In this document: positions 1-10,535 of the stretch, piece by piece
How the letters are laid out: each line of letters begins with the position of its first letter
Position numbering within the stretch: the first letter of the stretch is position 1
Origin: Felis catus
Lineage: Eukaryota
DNA length: 64,000 nt
Reading direction: 5' to 3'
Assembly (NCBI RefSeq): GCF_018350175.1
Contig: NC_058373.1
Coordinates: forward strand, 42,284,001 to 42,348,000
Translations under genes and position numbers: made by a program
Notes under the pieces: model-generated
Seen by the model: only the letters and a program-made list of their open reading frames with translations
Databases searched by the model: none
Told to the model about the DNA's origin: nothing

Positions 1-310
1 TGTTAGCACAGAACCCATCTCAGATCCCTTATACCCCTTCCCTGCTTGCACTCTCCCAAAAATAAATATATTAATAGATATATTCATAAATATATTAAGA
101 TAAAGCTGGAAAAATAAAAGAGATGCAGAGACCAACAGAGAGCGAGAAACAAAGGATAAGGACCCTTAAGGAAATAGCATGACTGAAGAATTTCCTGGCT
201 TCGAAAGTGTCAGAGCCTCATCTACAGGACTACACTACAATATGTTGTCATCTCTCAGTGCTGGCTTGTTATATGGACACGTATCATCAAATTCAACACC
301 TAACACAGCA

Positions 311-713
311 TTATTGGTGGCAATGTTTCCTTTCCCCAACATTCATATGTTCAAGTCCTAAGCCCCAGAACCTCAGAATGGGACCCTGCTTGCAGAGAGG
401 GTATTTACGGGGATAATCAGGGTAAAAGGAGGTCATGAAGGTGGGCCCTAATCCGAAATGACTGGTGTCCTTATAAAAAGGGGAAACGTGGATACAGAGA
501 CACACATAGAGGGAAGGCAATGTGAGGACACCCAGGTAGGAGATGGCCATCAAGCCAAGGAGAGGGGCCCACAACAGACTGTTCTCTCACAGCCCTCAGA
601 AGGACACCGTGACCTGAGCCTTCCAGCCCCCAGAACTGTGAGACAATACATTTCCGTTGGTTATGCCACCAGTTTGCAGTTCTTTGTTACGGCTGCCTCA
701 GTAAACTAATGCA
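311..713 (+). mobile_element. MaLR solo LTR (MLT1A/MLT1B-like)
   Basis: Typical MLT1 blocks: ATATGTTCAAGTCCTAAGCCCCAGAACCTCAGAATG, GGGCCCTAATCC..ATGACTGGTGTCCTTATAA, CAAGCCAAGGAGAGG, CCAGAACTGTGAGACAATACATTTC, and the end GTAAACTAATGCA. Confidence 0.9.
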
Positions 714-1559
714 TTTAGCCAGGCTAATTATGGTTCAATTCAGATTTTAATTAGTATAATTTTCCTAAATATAGGAAATTAGTACAATTTTGACACAAAC
801 TGACAAACAATATAGTCAAATGTATGTAATTATCTGCAGGGAAATTACATATACGCTGTGTTTATTAACATGTAAATGTAGGCATAGATGCAGATATTGG
901 GGTAGGCAAATGCACAGGCATATGGACATGGGTATCTTCTGCCCACAGTCACAACAGTAGTAAACTGTGGCAGGGAGGGGGAGGGCTCTAACCTGGGTGT
1001 ATCTACCTCTGGGGTCCACGGCTTGCTTCAATCCCACCGAACAAAACTAGACTGTAATGGAGAGAACGCCTGTCCTCATAGGATGGTGTGGTAGGAGATG
1101 TGCAGAACTTAGGATCCTTATAGGCAAGCATGGAAGAGACTATGAAAGTGGTTTATGGGCAAAGTAAAACTATGTTTTTTGAGTTTCGTTGATTTGGGCT
1201 TTAGTCATAATACACACTTTCCTCCAGGAATTAAATAAATTCAATTACAACACAAGACAACTTTCAACTGCTCTAATTCTGATGAAACTGAATGGTTCTC
1301 TTCCTTGTGAGATCATCCCTTCCCTTGTATAAAGAAACAGGATGTTTCCCTGCCTTTTTATGCCAGGCAACCCCATAATATATTCCATTCCTAACCTGAG
1401 TCATTTTAATGACCTTCTGTGGAGTCTTCTCTCACATTCAACACAAACACCCTAAGTTGGAGACCTAACTATCTAGGGCACGAGTATCTCATGGACACAG
1501 CAAGAATTGAGACTCACATCCCAGGGCTATAAGGAAAGGCACAGAGGGGACTGATAACT

Positions 1560-1640
1560 AATCAGTCAGGAACTATTTACCAATCACTTATAATGTACAA
1601 GCCACTGTGTTGAGTCCTTCAGGGAATACAGGAGATGGAA
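1560..1640 (-). mobile_element. L2 3'-end fragment
   Basis: ATTTACCAATCACTTATAATGTACAAGCCACTGTGTTGAGTCCTTCAGGGAATACAGGAGATG resembles the reverse complement of the L2 tail. Highly diverged. Confidence 0.5.
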
Positions 1641-1724
1641 TGAGACTGGTGCATTGCATTCGATGGGCTTCAACTCTCAGAGCACACATACGACCCACAC
1701 CCACAGAGAAGACCCACTTAAGAG

Positions 1725-1888
1725 NNNNNNNNNNNNNNNNNNNNNNNNNNNNNNNNNNNNNNNNNNNNNNNNNNNNNNNNNNNNNNNNNNNNNNNNNNNN
1801 NNNNNNNNNNNNNNNNNNNNNNNNNNNNNNNNNNNNNNNNNNNNNNNNNNNNNNNNNNNNNNNNNNNNNNNNNNNNNNNNNNNNNNNN
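1725..1888. other. Assembly gap (164 N)
   Basis: Run of N seen directly. It abuts a SINE body. Confidence 1.
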
Positions 1889-1962
1889 ATGTGACTCTTG
1901 ATCTCAGGGTCGTGAGTTTGAGTCCCATGTTGGGTGTAGAGGTTACTAGGAAGAAAAAAAAA
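1889..1962 (+). mobile_element. Short old CAN-SINE (SINEC_old-like), 5' part in the gap
   Basis: GTGACTCTTGATCTCAGGGTCGTGAGTTTGAGTCCCATGTTGGGTGTAGAGGTTACT followed by an A tail. Confidence 0.85.
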
Positions 1963-2440
1963 GTAGACACATGGCAGAGGACCAGAAACACCAAAGGGAT
2001 GAAAGTAAAACTTTGGGTAGAGTCATGGGAGAATAACATCAGGCAGAGGGCAAAGATACAAGCTCACACACGATGGACAGAATTGGGTCGATAAGGGAGA
2101 AGGTTCATGTTCCAGATGGCATTAGGAAAAGTCACCCTTCCACCCTGGGGAAGTTCTACTCTTTGTTCACGACTCAGTTGGTCACATTCCCTACTCCCCT
2201 CTCCAACAGTACTCACCACCCAGGACTTAGTGACTCCAGGGCCTAGTACAGAGCCTGGCAGATGTGTAGGTATGCCATGAAAACTGAACATTGAGTAACT
2301 TTTTCTCAGTCTACTTTCCATATGTAATGGTAAGCTTCTTGAGGGCCCACAATGATTTCTTACTGTTCTCAATGTTGGACAGATTTTCAGTAAGTAATTG
2401 ATAAACAGGTGGATGCAATTCCTCCATCTGATTTCTTTCC

Positions 2441-2657
2441 TTTTTTTTTTTTTTAACGTTTATTTATTTTTGAGACAGAGAGAGACAGAGCATGAATGGG
2501 GGAGGGTCAGAGAGAGAGGGAGACACAGAATCTGAAACAGGCTCCAGGCTCTCAGTGGTCAGCACAGAGCCCGATGCGGGGCTCAAACTCATGGACCACG
2601 AGATCATGACCTGAGCTGAAGTCGGACGCTTAACTGACTGAGCCACCCAGGCGCCCC
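2441..2657 (-). mobile_element. SINEC_Fc-type CAN-SINE
   Basis: T tail, GA-rich linker and head ending GAGCCACCCAGGCGCCCC. TSD TG(A/G)TTTCTTTCCTTTT on both sides. Confidence 0.97.
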
Positions 2658-4125
2658 TGGTTTCTTTCCTTTTAATTACACAATAACAAGTATCTAAAAG
2701 AAATGATGGCTCTGTTAAAAACAAAAATAGGCCAGTTCCTTCAGATTTGAGAAGATTTATTCTCATCTTAATACTACCACAACCTGTCAGCCAATTTGAA
2801 GCATACCCTTTCCATTGCCTTGACTAATAGTGAGATAAGCCATGTTATGGAGAAAACATATTTAGATTGGGAGTCAAAACACAGATTTGGATTGGGAGTC
2901 CACTGTCTGAGCAGTAACATGACTTAGGGTCTGTGTGACCTCCTAATTCCATGGTTACGCACATACTACATCTCAGTTCATGCAAAACTCACTTAACATA
3001 TAGCAAGGATCTTATCACTGGAAGAGCTAAACCACAGTATTTGCTGCTACTAGTATTACTAATGCCTAATATGCTATTTGGATAAAAACAAAAAATGCAG
3101 AATTCTAAAAGGTTTTTTCTTTGCCCCAAGAAGATACGAAATCAGATAACTGACAGTAGTCAAGCCAGCAGAGGGAAGGGGTAGGGTAATAGCTCTTCAC
3201 TGAAAACCAGCTTAACATATCCTGTGTCTGCCACTATTTTTTTGTCTTTCTTGCCTAAAAGAAGGTCAGTGGGACAATTTATGACTCAGGTTTTAGATGA
3301 AGAAAAACTTTAAACCAGAGAGATACTGTGGGTACTCTAGTTCTAAAGTCTTCTGTAGAACCGATTAAAAAACCAGACAATAAGTTTCAGCCCTGACTGC
3401 TTCTCAGGATGGCAGGAAGCCAACTACTTCAACTGGAACAGTGTACAAAATGCGTATTTCTTAAAGAATGCAGTCATCCTTTTATTCACCAACCTATACT
3501 CGTTGAGTACCATTCATTAGACCAGATGCTGCTCCTTGTACACAGAGGACCCCAACAAGTAATACAGAGAGATGTGTCTGGAATAAAGGCCAAAGGCACT
3601 CTGATCATCAAAGTCTTTCCAGCAGCTTAATGATTCCAGGATGAAGTCAGGACTCTAAGAATTTGGGTGGCTTGGAATCCCTGAGGCTCCTGAAGGGCTC
3701 CATGATTAGTCTAGATCTTTCTGGATATTCCCAGGCAACATCTAAATGGGTGACAGTCAGTCAGAATGAGAACAGACCACAGCACAGGCAAGAGCCATCC
3801 AACCTTAGTGCCACCCCACATGGTGGCACAAGTCCTGTGTATGACATTGCTGTGTCCTCTGTAAATTACTTGCCTATAACACTTGAAGGCCTCAAAAGGG
3901 CTGCTTGGGTTGTCCTGAAAGCTGAGAATAAATTTAAATTTGTGTGCAAGAAGGAGAAGAAAGTACAAATAACTTCCAACCATGACTTGCGAGGACTTTG
4001 TGGCCACTCTACTGTACCAGCGGTCAATGGCAGCACCCGATGTAATCCTGTGGGTTCTCACATTATCAAAGCTACCAGTGACACTGGAGTAGACAGATTT
4101 TAACATTACCACTATATACGCATAT

Positions 4126-4144
4126 ACACACACACACACACACA
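4126..4144. repeat. (AC)n microsatellite
   Basis: About 9 AC units seen directly. Confidence 0.9.
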
Positions 4145-6807
4145 TATGTACATATATTTGACTATTGAAAAAGATACCTCACTATAAAACTGTCAACTTG
4201 AAAACACGACAGATCATTATTTGTGCTACAGAAGGCTTAAATAAGACTTAATAAGAATTCATTGAGGAAGCCCTCTTAAAAATTCACAGGTTGAATCCCA
4301 CTATATGCCATAAGGTCGTCAGAGGAGCACTACCTTGAACTCTGAGTCCCCTACACCCAAGATTGTCATGAGAGCCCCCAACAGATGAGTGCTCAGTTTA
4401 CACCATTATTTGAGTGGATGTTCACTTTCTCAGGGTTGGTCTTCATTTTAAAATATCATGGCTCCACACTGTAAAAAGAATAACCCAAACCCACTGACTT
4501 TATACATTTGTAATCATCAACTTTCTAGTTTCCGGTCACCGAAGACCTATCCCTGATCAAAAGGTACGATCACCTTCTCTATACCAGGTTGCAGTAATTC
4601 CAGCCAAGTCAAAAAGCACAGCTTTCCCTCTGCCTGCCTGCCAGATTGCTGAAATCCAGAGAGCATGTTCACGGAGCTTCCAAGGAAGGAAGCACTGCTT
4701 TGCTTCCAAGCTCCCTGACCAGGCCTCCACCCTCCCTAGGAAAGGCAGGTGAGCACTTACTGGGGCTGGGCTTTAGGCTGCCCAGAGGGTCTCTATCCAT
4801 TACTGTGGCTGACAAAGGGGAAATGTGGGAGGCAATGACTCAAGCAGACAGGACTGAAGCCAAGACTGGGAGAAAGGAGGGATAAGGGAAGCAGGAGAGA
4901 CCAGGTGCAGAGAGAGCAGGGAAGCTGGATGGAAATTAAGCTGTGGGACACACAGGAAGCTGTAAGCCAAACTCATCTATTTGGATTTTGGGGAGCATTC
5001 AGTTACACATTCATGTTTCCCCTGTTACTATCCTGGATGAGAAAAGGATTGCTAAATATTTCAATGCTCCATTAGAAAAAAATATTATAATGAAAAATCC
5101 TTTTGAGTTTTCTGTTTACCTTTGAAAGACACATATAAATAAATTTATGGATAAAAAAAGTTTCTTTATTCTCTTTCCTCCCCAGTGGTGAATCTCTCCA
5201 TGAGTCAGTCTAAATGTCAAAAGAGAAAGGCATCGTCTCAGGAATATATAAATATTTATAGACAACATTACTCTATCACCCCTGAAATGTTAAACAGAGC
5301 TATTTTTCCATTCTCTTCTTTATTGATTCTGTTATATGGTACATAAAAATCAGAAAGCAAAAAAAGGTTAATGGTATAACTCAAGTCACCAGGTCATACA
5401 TCAATTAAATGCAGACCCCTTGAAATATTAAGTCTCTTTGTGACATATCAGCAGAGAGCATTAACAGAAACAAGCAATCCATGTCAAAACAAACCTAGCC
5501 TCAGACCATTAAAGAGTGGCTGTTCAAGTACCTCCATCTGTTATGAACGCCTCCGAGTCTGTGCAGTTCTTCCTCTGAGATGCTCTTAAGGCTAAATTCT
5601 ACCAATCTGACTGGGCTGGTAGGAAAGAGTGAACATCTGATGAGATGATTATAAAAACAAAATCCAGGGAGGGCGCTGTTAAGTCCTCACTCAGCTCTCA
5701 AAATGTTTGTGTGGCCCTCCTCAACTTTCTTGCCTTCCATGAGACCTCAGGTCACATTTATGGATACCTCTTCTGGTACCTCAAGTCTGACTCCACCTGC
5801 ATAGACTTCCCTCTACCCTAATGATAGACAACCTGGAAAGAAGCAAGAACTAAGATTACTGCCATATTTGCACAAATACTCCTATAATTATGAGAAAGGT
5901 CCCATTGTATTATTAACTAGCTCTAGCAATTTTTTTTTCAAAAATCAATTATTGTAATCTATCACATCAACAGACTAAAAAAGCAAAATCATTTGATCAT
6001 GCTAACACATGCAGAAAAAGCATCTGACGAACTCCAATACCCATTCATGATAGAAGCTGTCAGTAAACCAGTAATAGAGGGGGAGCTTTCTCAACTTGGT
6101 AAAGATTATTTACAAAAAAAAAACCTATAGCTAACATCACACTTAACATGATAAAGCTTGAAGCTATCCCACTAAGATCATGTAAGAAACAAGGAGGCCT
6201 CCTTTGACCATTCCTTTTCAACAATGTACTAGAAGTCCTTGCAAATGCAATATGGCATGAGACGAAAATAGAAAATACACAGACTGGGAAAGAAGAAATA
6301 AAACTTTGTTTGCAGGTGACATGATCCTCTATGTAGAAAATCTCGAAGAGTTGACAAACTGGAATCATTACAGCAAAACTATAGGACATAATGTTAATAT
6401 AAAAAGTCAACTGCTTACCTATATACCAACAATGAACAAGGAGAAATTGATACTAAAAACACAGTACCAATGACATTAGCACCTCCCCCAAAATGAAATA
6501 CTTAGGTATAAATCTAACAAAGATCTGTATGAGAAAAACTACAAAACTCGGATGAAGGAAATCAAAGCAGTAAATAAATGGAGGCATATTCAATGTTCAT
6601 GGATAGGAAGACTCAATATTATCAAGATGTCAGTTCTTGCCCATTTGACGTATAGATTCAATGCAGTCTCTATCAAAACCCTGGAAAGTTATTTTAAGGA
6701 CATCAACAAAGTGATTCTACAGTTACGTGGAGTGGCAAAGAACCCATAATAGCCAATATGATATTGAAGAACAAAGTTGATGCTACCTGACTTCAAGACT
6801 TACTATA

Positions 6808-7347
6808 GCACTCCCATGTTCATCACAACATTATCCACAATAGCCAACGTATGGAAACAACCCCAGTGTCAGTAAATGATAAATAAATAAAGAAAATGTG
6901 GTATATATGATATAAATACACAATGGATTATTTGGCCTTCAAAAAGAAAGAAATTCTGTCATTTGCAACAGTATGGATGAATTTGATGAACATTATGCTA
7001 AGTGAAATAAGCCAGATAAAGACAATTATCACATGATCTCACTTACAAATTGAATCAAAGGAAAAAAAAACCATCAAATTCATAAAAACAGTAGCAAAGT
7101 GGGTGCTAGGGGCTGGTGATAGGGGAAATAAGGAGAGTTGGTAAAAAGGGTGTAAACTTTCAGTTGTAAGATAAATAAAGTCCAAGGCTCTAACAGTGGT
7201 TAACATTGATAACACTGTATTACATAATTGAATTTGCTCAAAGAGTAGAACTTAAATGTTCTTACCCAAGAAAAGGTAAATATGTGAAGTGATGGAGGTG
7301 TTAATTCAATGAGGGGATCCTTTCACAGTTTATACATATATAAATCA
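6808..7347 (+). mobile_element. L1MA-type (L1MA9-like) 3' end nested in the older L1
   Basis: CCCATGTTCATCACAACATTATCCACAATAGCCAACGTATGGAAACAACCC...CATTATGCTAAGTGAAATAAGCCAG...GAGTAGAACTTAAATGTTCTTACC. The host ORF2 resumes at about 7348. Confidence 0.85.
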
Positions 7348-8118
7348 GTGAGCAGAAAGAGACCCAAATAGAATCCCATGGATATAATCAAATGATCTTT
7401 GGACAAAGGACCAAAGGCAATATAATGGAGTAGATAATTTTTTTAACAAATGGTGTTGGCACAAGATAACCATATAAAAAATAATCTAAAGACATACAAT
7501 ACATCCTTCATAAAACGTAACTCAAGATAGACCTAAATGTAAAGTAAAAATAAAAAAACAACCTTCTCGATCATAGGAGAAAACCTAGAAGACCTTGAGT
7601 ATGGTAATGCCTTTTTTAGGTACATCAGAGACATGATATATGACAAAGTTCACCGATAAACTAGGCTTCATAAAAATTACTAACTTCTGCTCCGTGAAAC
7701 ACATTATCAAGAGAATAAGGAGACTAGCCAAAGACTGGGAGGAAATATTTCCAAAGACCCATGTGATAGACTATTACCCAAAATACACAAATAACTCTTA
7801 AAATTCAGTAACAAACATCTTGATTAAAAAATGAATCCAAGACCTTAACAGACACTTCACCAAAGAAGATCTAAAGTGCAAATAAGCACATAAAAAGATG
7901 TTCCACAGTATATGTCATCAGGGAAGTCTAGGTTAGAACAGTATACACACTTACACACCCAATAGGTTAGCCAAAATCCAGAACACTGACAACACCAAAT
8001 GTTGGTGAGCAGAGCATAAGGAAAAGTAACAACTCATCTATTGCTGGTGGGAATGTAAAATGACATAGCCACTTTGCAAGACACTTTGGCAGTTTCTTAG
8101 AAAATTAAATCTATTCTA

Positions 8119-8345
8119 GGGGCACCTGGGTGGCTCAGTTGGTTAAGCATCTGACTCTTGATATCTGCTCAGGTCATGATCTCATGGTTCGTGGGATTGA
8201 GCCCTACATCACGCTCTATGCTGACAGCATGGAGCCTGTTTGGGATTCTCTCTCCCTGTCTCTGCCCCACCCTTGCTTGTGCACACATGCACACACTCTC
8301 TCTTTCTCTATCTCTCTCTCTCTCAAAACAATTTTTAAAAAAGAA
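8119..8345 (+). mobile_element. CAN-SINE
   Basis: Head GGGGCACCTGGGTGGCTCAGTTGGTTAAG, CT-rich linker and A tail. TSD core AGAAAATTAAAT at 8099-8110 and 8346-8357. Confidence 0.95.
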
Positions 8346-8510
8346 AGAAAATTAAATATACTTTTATCATCGGATCTAGCAATCACAATCCTTGGTATTT
8401 TACCCAAAGGAGTTGAAAACTTACGTCCACATAAAAACCTGCAAATAGATATTGATAAAAGCTTTATTCATAACTGCCAAAATTTGCAAGCAACCAAGAT
8501 GTGCCTTCCA

Positions 8511-8656
8511 NNNNNNNNNNNNNNNNNNNNNNNNNNNNNNNNNNNNNNNNNNNNNNNNNNNNNNNNNNNNNNNNNNNNNNNNNNNNNNNNNNNNNNNNNN
8601 NNNNNNNNNNNNNNNNNNNNNNNNNNNNNNNNNNNNNNNNNNNNNNNNNNNNNNNN
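8511..8656. other. Assembly gap (146 N)
   Basis: Run of N seen directly. Confidence 1.
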
Positions 8657-8864
8657 TACTGTTGGATTCCAACTATATGACATTCTCAAAAATGTAAAAC
8701 CACCAATACAATAAAAAGATCAGTGATCTCAAGGGGGAGGGTGGAGTTAAATAGGTAGACCACAGAATTTTTAGGGCAGTAAAACTATTCTGTATATTAT
8801 AATGATGGATATATGTCAATATACATTTACCTAAATTGATTTTATTAAAAAAAAAATTTGGGGG

Positions 8865-9100
8865 GGGGCGCCTGGGTGGCGCAGTCGGTTAAGTGTCTGA
8901 CTTCAGCCAGGTCACGATCTCGCGGTCCAGGAGTTCGAGCCCCGCATCAGGCTCTGGGCTGATGGCTCAGAGCCTGGAGCCTGTTTCCGATTCTGTGTCT
9001 CCCTCTCTCTCTCTCTGCCCCTCCCCCGTTCATGCTCTGTCTCTCTCTGTCCCAAAAATAAATAAACGTTGAAAAAAAAGAAAAAAAAATTTAAAAAAAA
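8865..9100 (+). mobile_element. Young SINEC_Fc
   Basis: GGGGCGCCTGGGTGGCGCAGTCGGTTAAG...CAGCCAGGTCACGATCTCGCGG...GGGCTGATGGCTCAGAGCC, diagnostic of the young felid subfamily. Inserted into the tail of the next SINE. Confidence 0.97.
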
Positions 9101-9306
9101 TTTTTTTAACATGTATACATTTCTGAGAGAGAGAGGCAGAGGGTGAGCAGGGGAGGGGCAGAGAAAGGGAGACACAGAATCAGAAACAGGCTCCGGGCTC
9201 TGAGCTGTCAACACAGACCCTGACAGGGGACGGGAACCCATGAACCGTGAGATTGTGACCTGAGTCAAAGTAAAACGCTTAACCGACTGAGCCACCCAGG
9301 GGCCCC
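9101..9306 (-). mobile_element. Older CAN-SINE (SINEC_Fc-type)
   Basis: Ends GAGCCACCCAGGGGCCCC. TSD TAAATTGATTTTAT (8832-8845) / TAAAATGATTTAAT (9307-9320) flanks both SINEs together. Confidence 0.95.
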
Positions 9307-9574
9307 TAAAATGATTTAATGTGCCCCAAGAGTGAATCTTTAAACTATGGATTTGGGGTGATTATTATGGGTATAGGTTTATCCTTCGTAAAGAAAAAAT
9401 ATATACATATGCCATTTTGTTGAGTGATGTTGTTAAGTGGGGTATGTGTGTGAGTGTGTGTGAACAGGGGATATATGGAATGTCTCTGTACCTTCCTCTC
9501 AACCTTATTGCACATCTAAATTTTCTCTAAGAAATTAAGTCTTTAAAAAAATTTGTTTCAGGAGATACAATTCT

Positions 9575-10535
9575 CAAAGTTCTCTTCTTTGGGGTATATA
9601 GCTAGGAGTGTAATTCCTGGGTCATATGGTAATTCTTTGTTTAATCTTTTCAGAAACTGCCTCTTTTCTCAAAGCAGCTGCACCACTTACATTCTCACCA
9701 GACATCTATAGGATTCCAGTGTCTCCAAATTCTTTCCAACACTTCTTATCATCTGTCGTTTTTATTACAGTATCTTATGGTTTTGATTGGCATTTCCCCA
9801 ATGACCAGTGATGCGGAGCATCTTTTTACGTGCTTATTGACCATGTGAGTATCTTCTTTGGGAAAACAGCTATTCTAATCCCTTGCTAATTTTAAAGATT
9901 ACTTTCCTTTTTATTGTTAGATTATCAGAGTTCCTTCTATATTCCTGAGACTAGAGCCTTATCAGCTACATAATTTGCAAACATTTTCTCCCATTCTACA
10001 CACTGTCTTTTCTCTTACTTGACAGTGTCCTTTCAACGCCCCCAAGTTTTTAGTTTTGATCAAGTCCAATTTATTTTTTTCTTACATTGCTTATTCTTTT
10101 GGTGTCCTATTTAAGAAACCATTGCCTGATTCAAGGTCAATGAAGATTTACAACTATGTTTTATTCTAAGTTTTGTAGTCTTATAGCTCCTACATTTAAA
10201 ATCTTTGATCCTTTTATTTTTTATTTTTTTGGAGAGAGAGAGAGAGACTGACATTGTGTATGAGCAGGGGGGGGGCAGAGAGAGAGAGAGAGAGAGAGAG
10301 GGAGGGAGGGAGGGAGGGAGGGAGGGAGGGGGAGAGAGAGAGAATCTTAAGCAGGCTCCACACTCAGCACAGAGCCTGACACAGGGCTCAATCCCACGAC
10401 CCTGGGATCATTACCTGAGCCAAAATCAAGAGCCAGACAGTCAACAGAGCCACCCAGGCACCCTGAATCTTTGATCCTTTTTGAATTATTTTTTTAATAT
10501 ACAGTCTGAGGTAAGGGTCCAAGATTATTCTTTAT
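9575..10535 (-). mobile_element. L1 ORF2 3' region fragment (old L1M), interrupted by a SINE
   Basis: Antisense L1 hallmarks: CTTTGGGGTATATAGCTAGGAGTGTAATTCCTGGGTCATATGGTAATTC, TTTTGATTGGCATTTCCCCAATGACCAGTGATGCGGAGCATCTTTT, TTTGCAAACATTTTCTCCCATTCT. Confidence 0.9.
10216..10465 (-). mobile_element. CAN-SINE with expanded (GA)n(GGGA)n linker
   Basis: Head ends GAGCCACCCAGGCACCC. Perfect 16-bp TSD AATCTTTGATCCTTTT at 10200-10215 and 10466-10481. Confidence 0.96.

Larger units (their letters stand above)
5941..9551 (+). mobile_element. Degenerate L1 (L1MC1/2-type) ORF2 remnant through the 3' end, interrupted by a younger L1 3' end, three SINEs and a gap
   Basis: RT motif [12 protein letters not shown] at 6306-6341 (LFADDMI in L1). 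ORF2 C-terminal homology at 7348-8510. L1MC-type 3'UTR at 8657-8845 and 9307-9551 (AGAGTGAATCTTTAAACTATGGATTTGGGGTGATT...). Many stops and frameshifts. Confidence 0.92.

Noticed and set aside
1607-2094. ORFs spanning the first N gap (likewise at 8421-8714, 34611-34925 and 47780-48216)
   Set aside because: They stay open only because N codons translate as X. These are gap artefacts.
5941-8510. L1 ORF2 as a functional reverse transcriptase CDS
   Set aside because: The catalytic motif is mutated (FAGD instead of FADD), with many stops, frameshifts and nested insertions.
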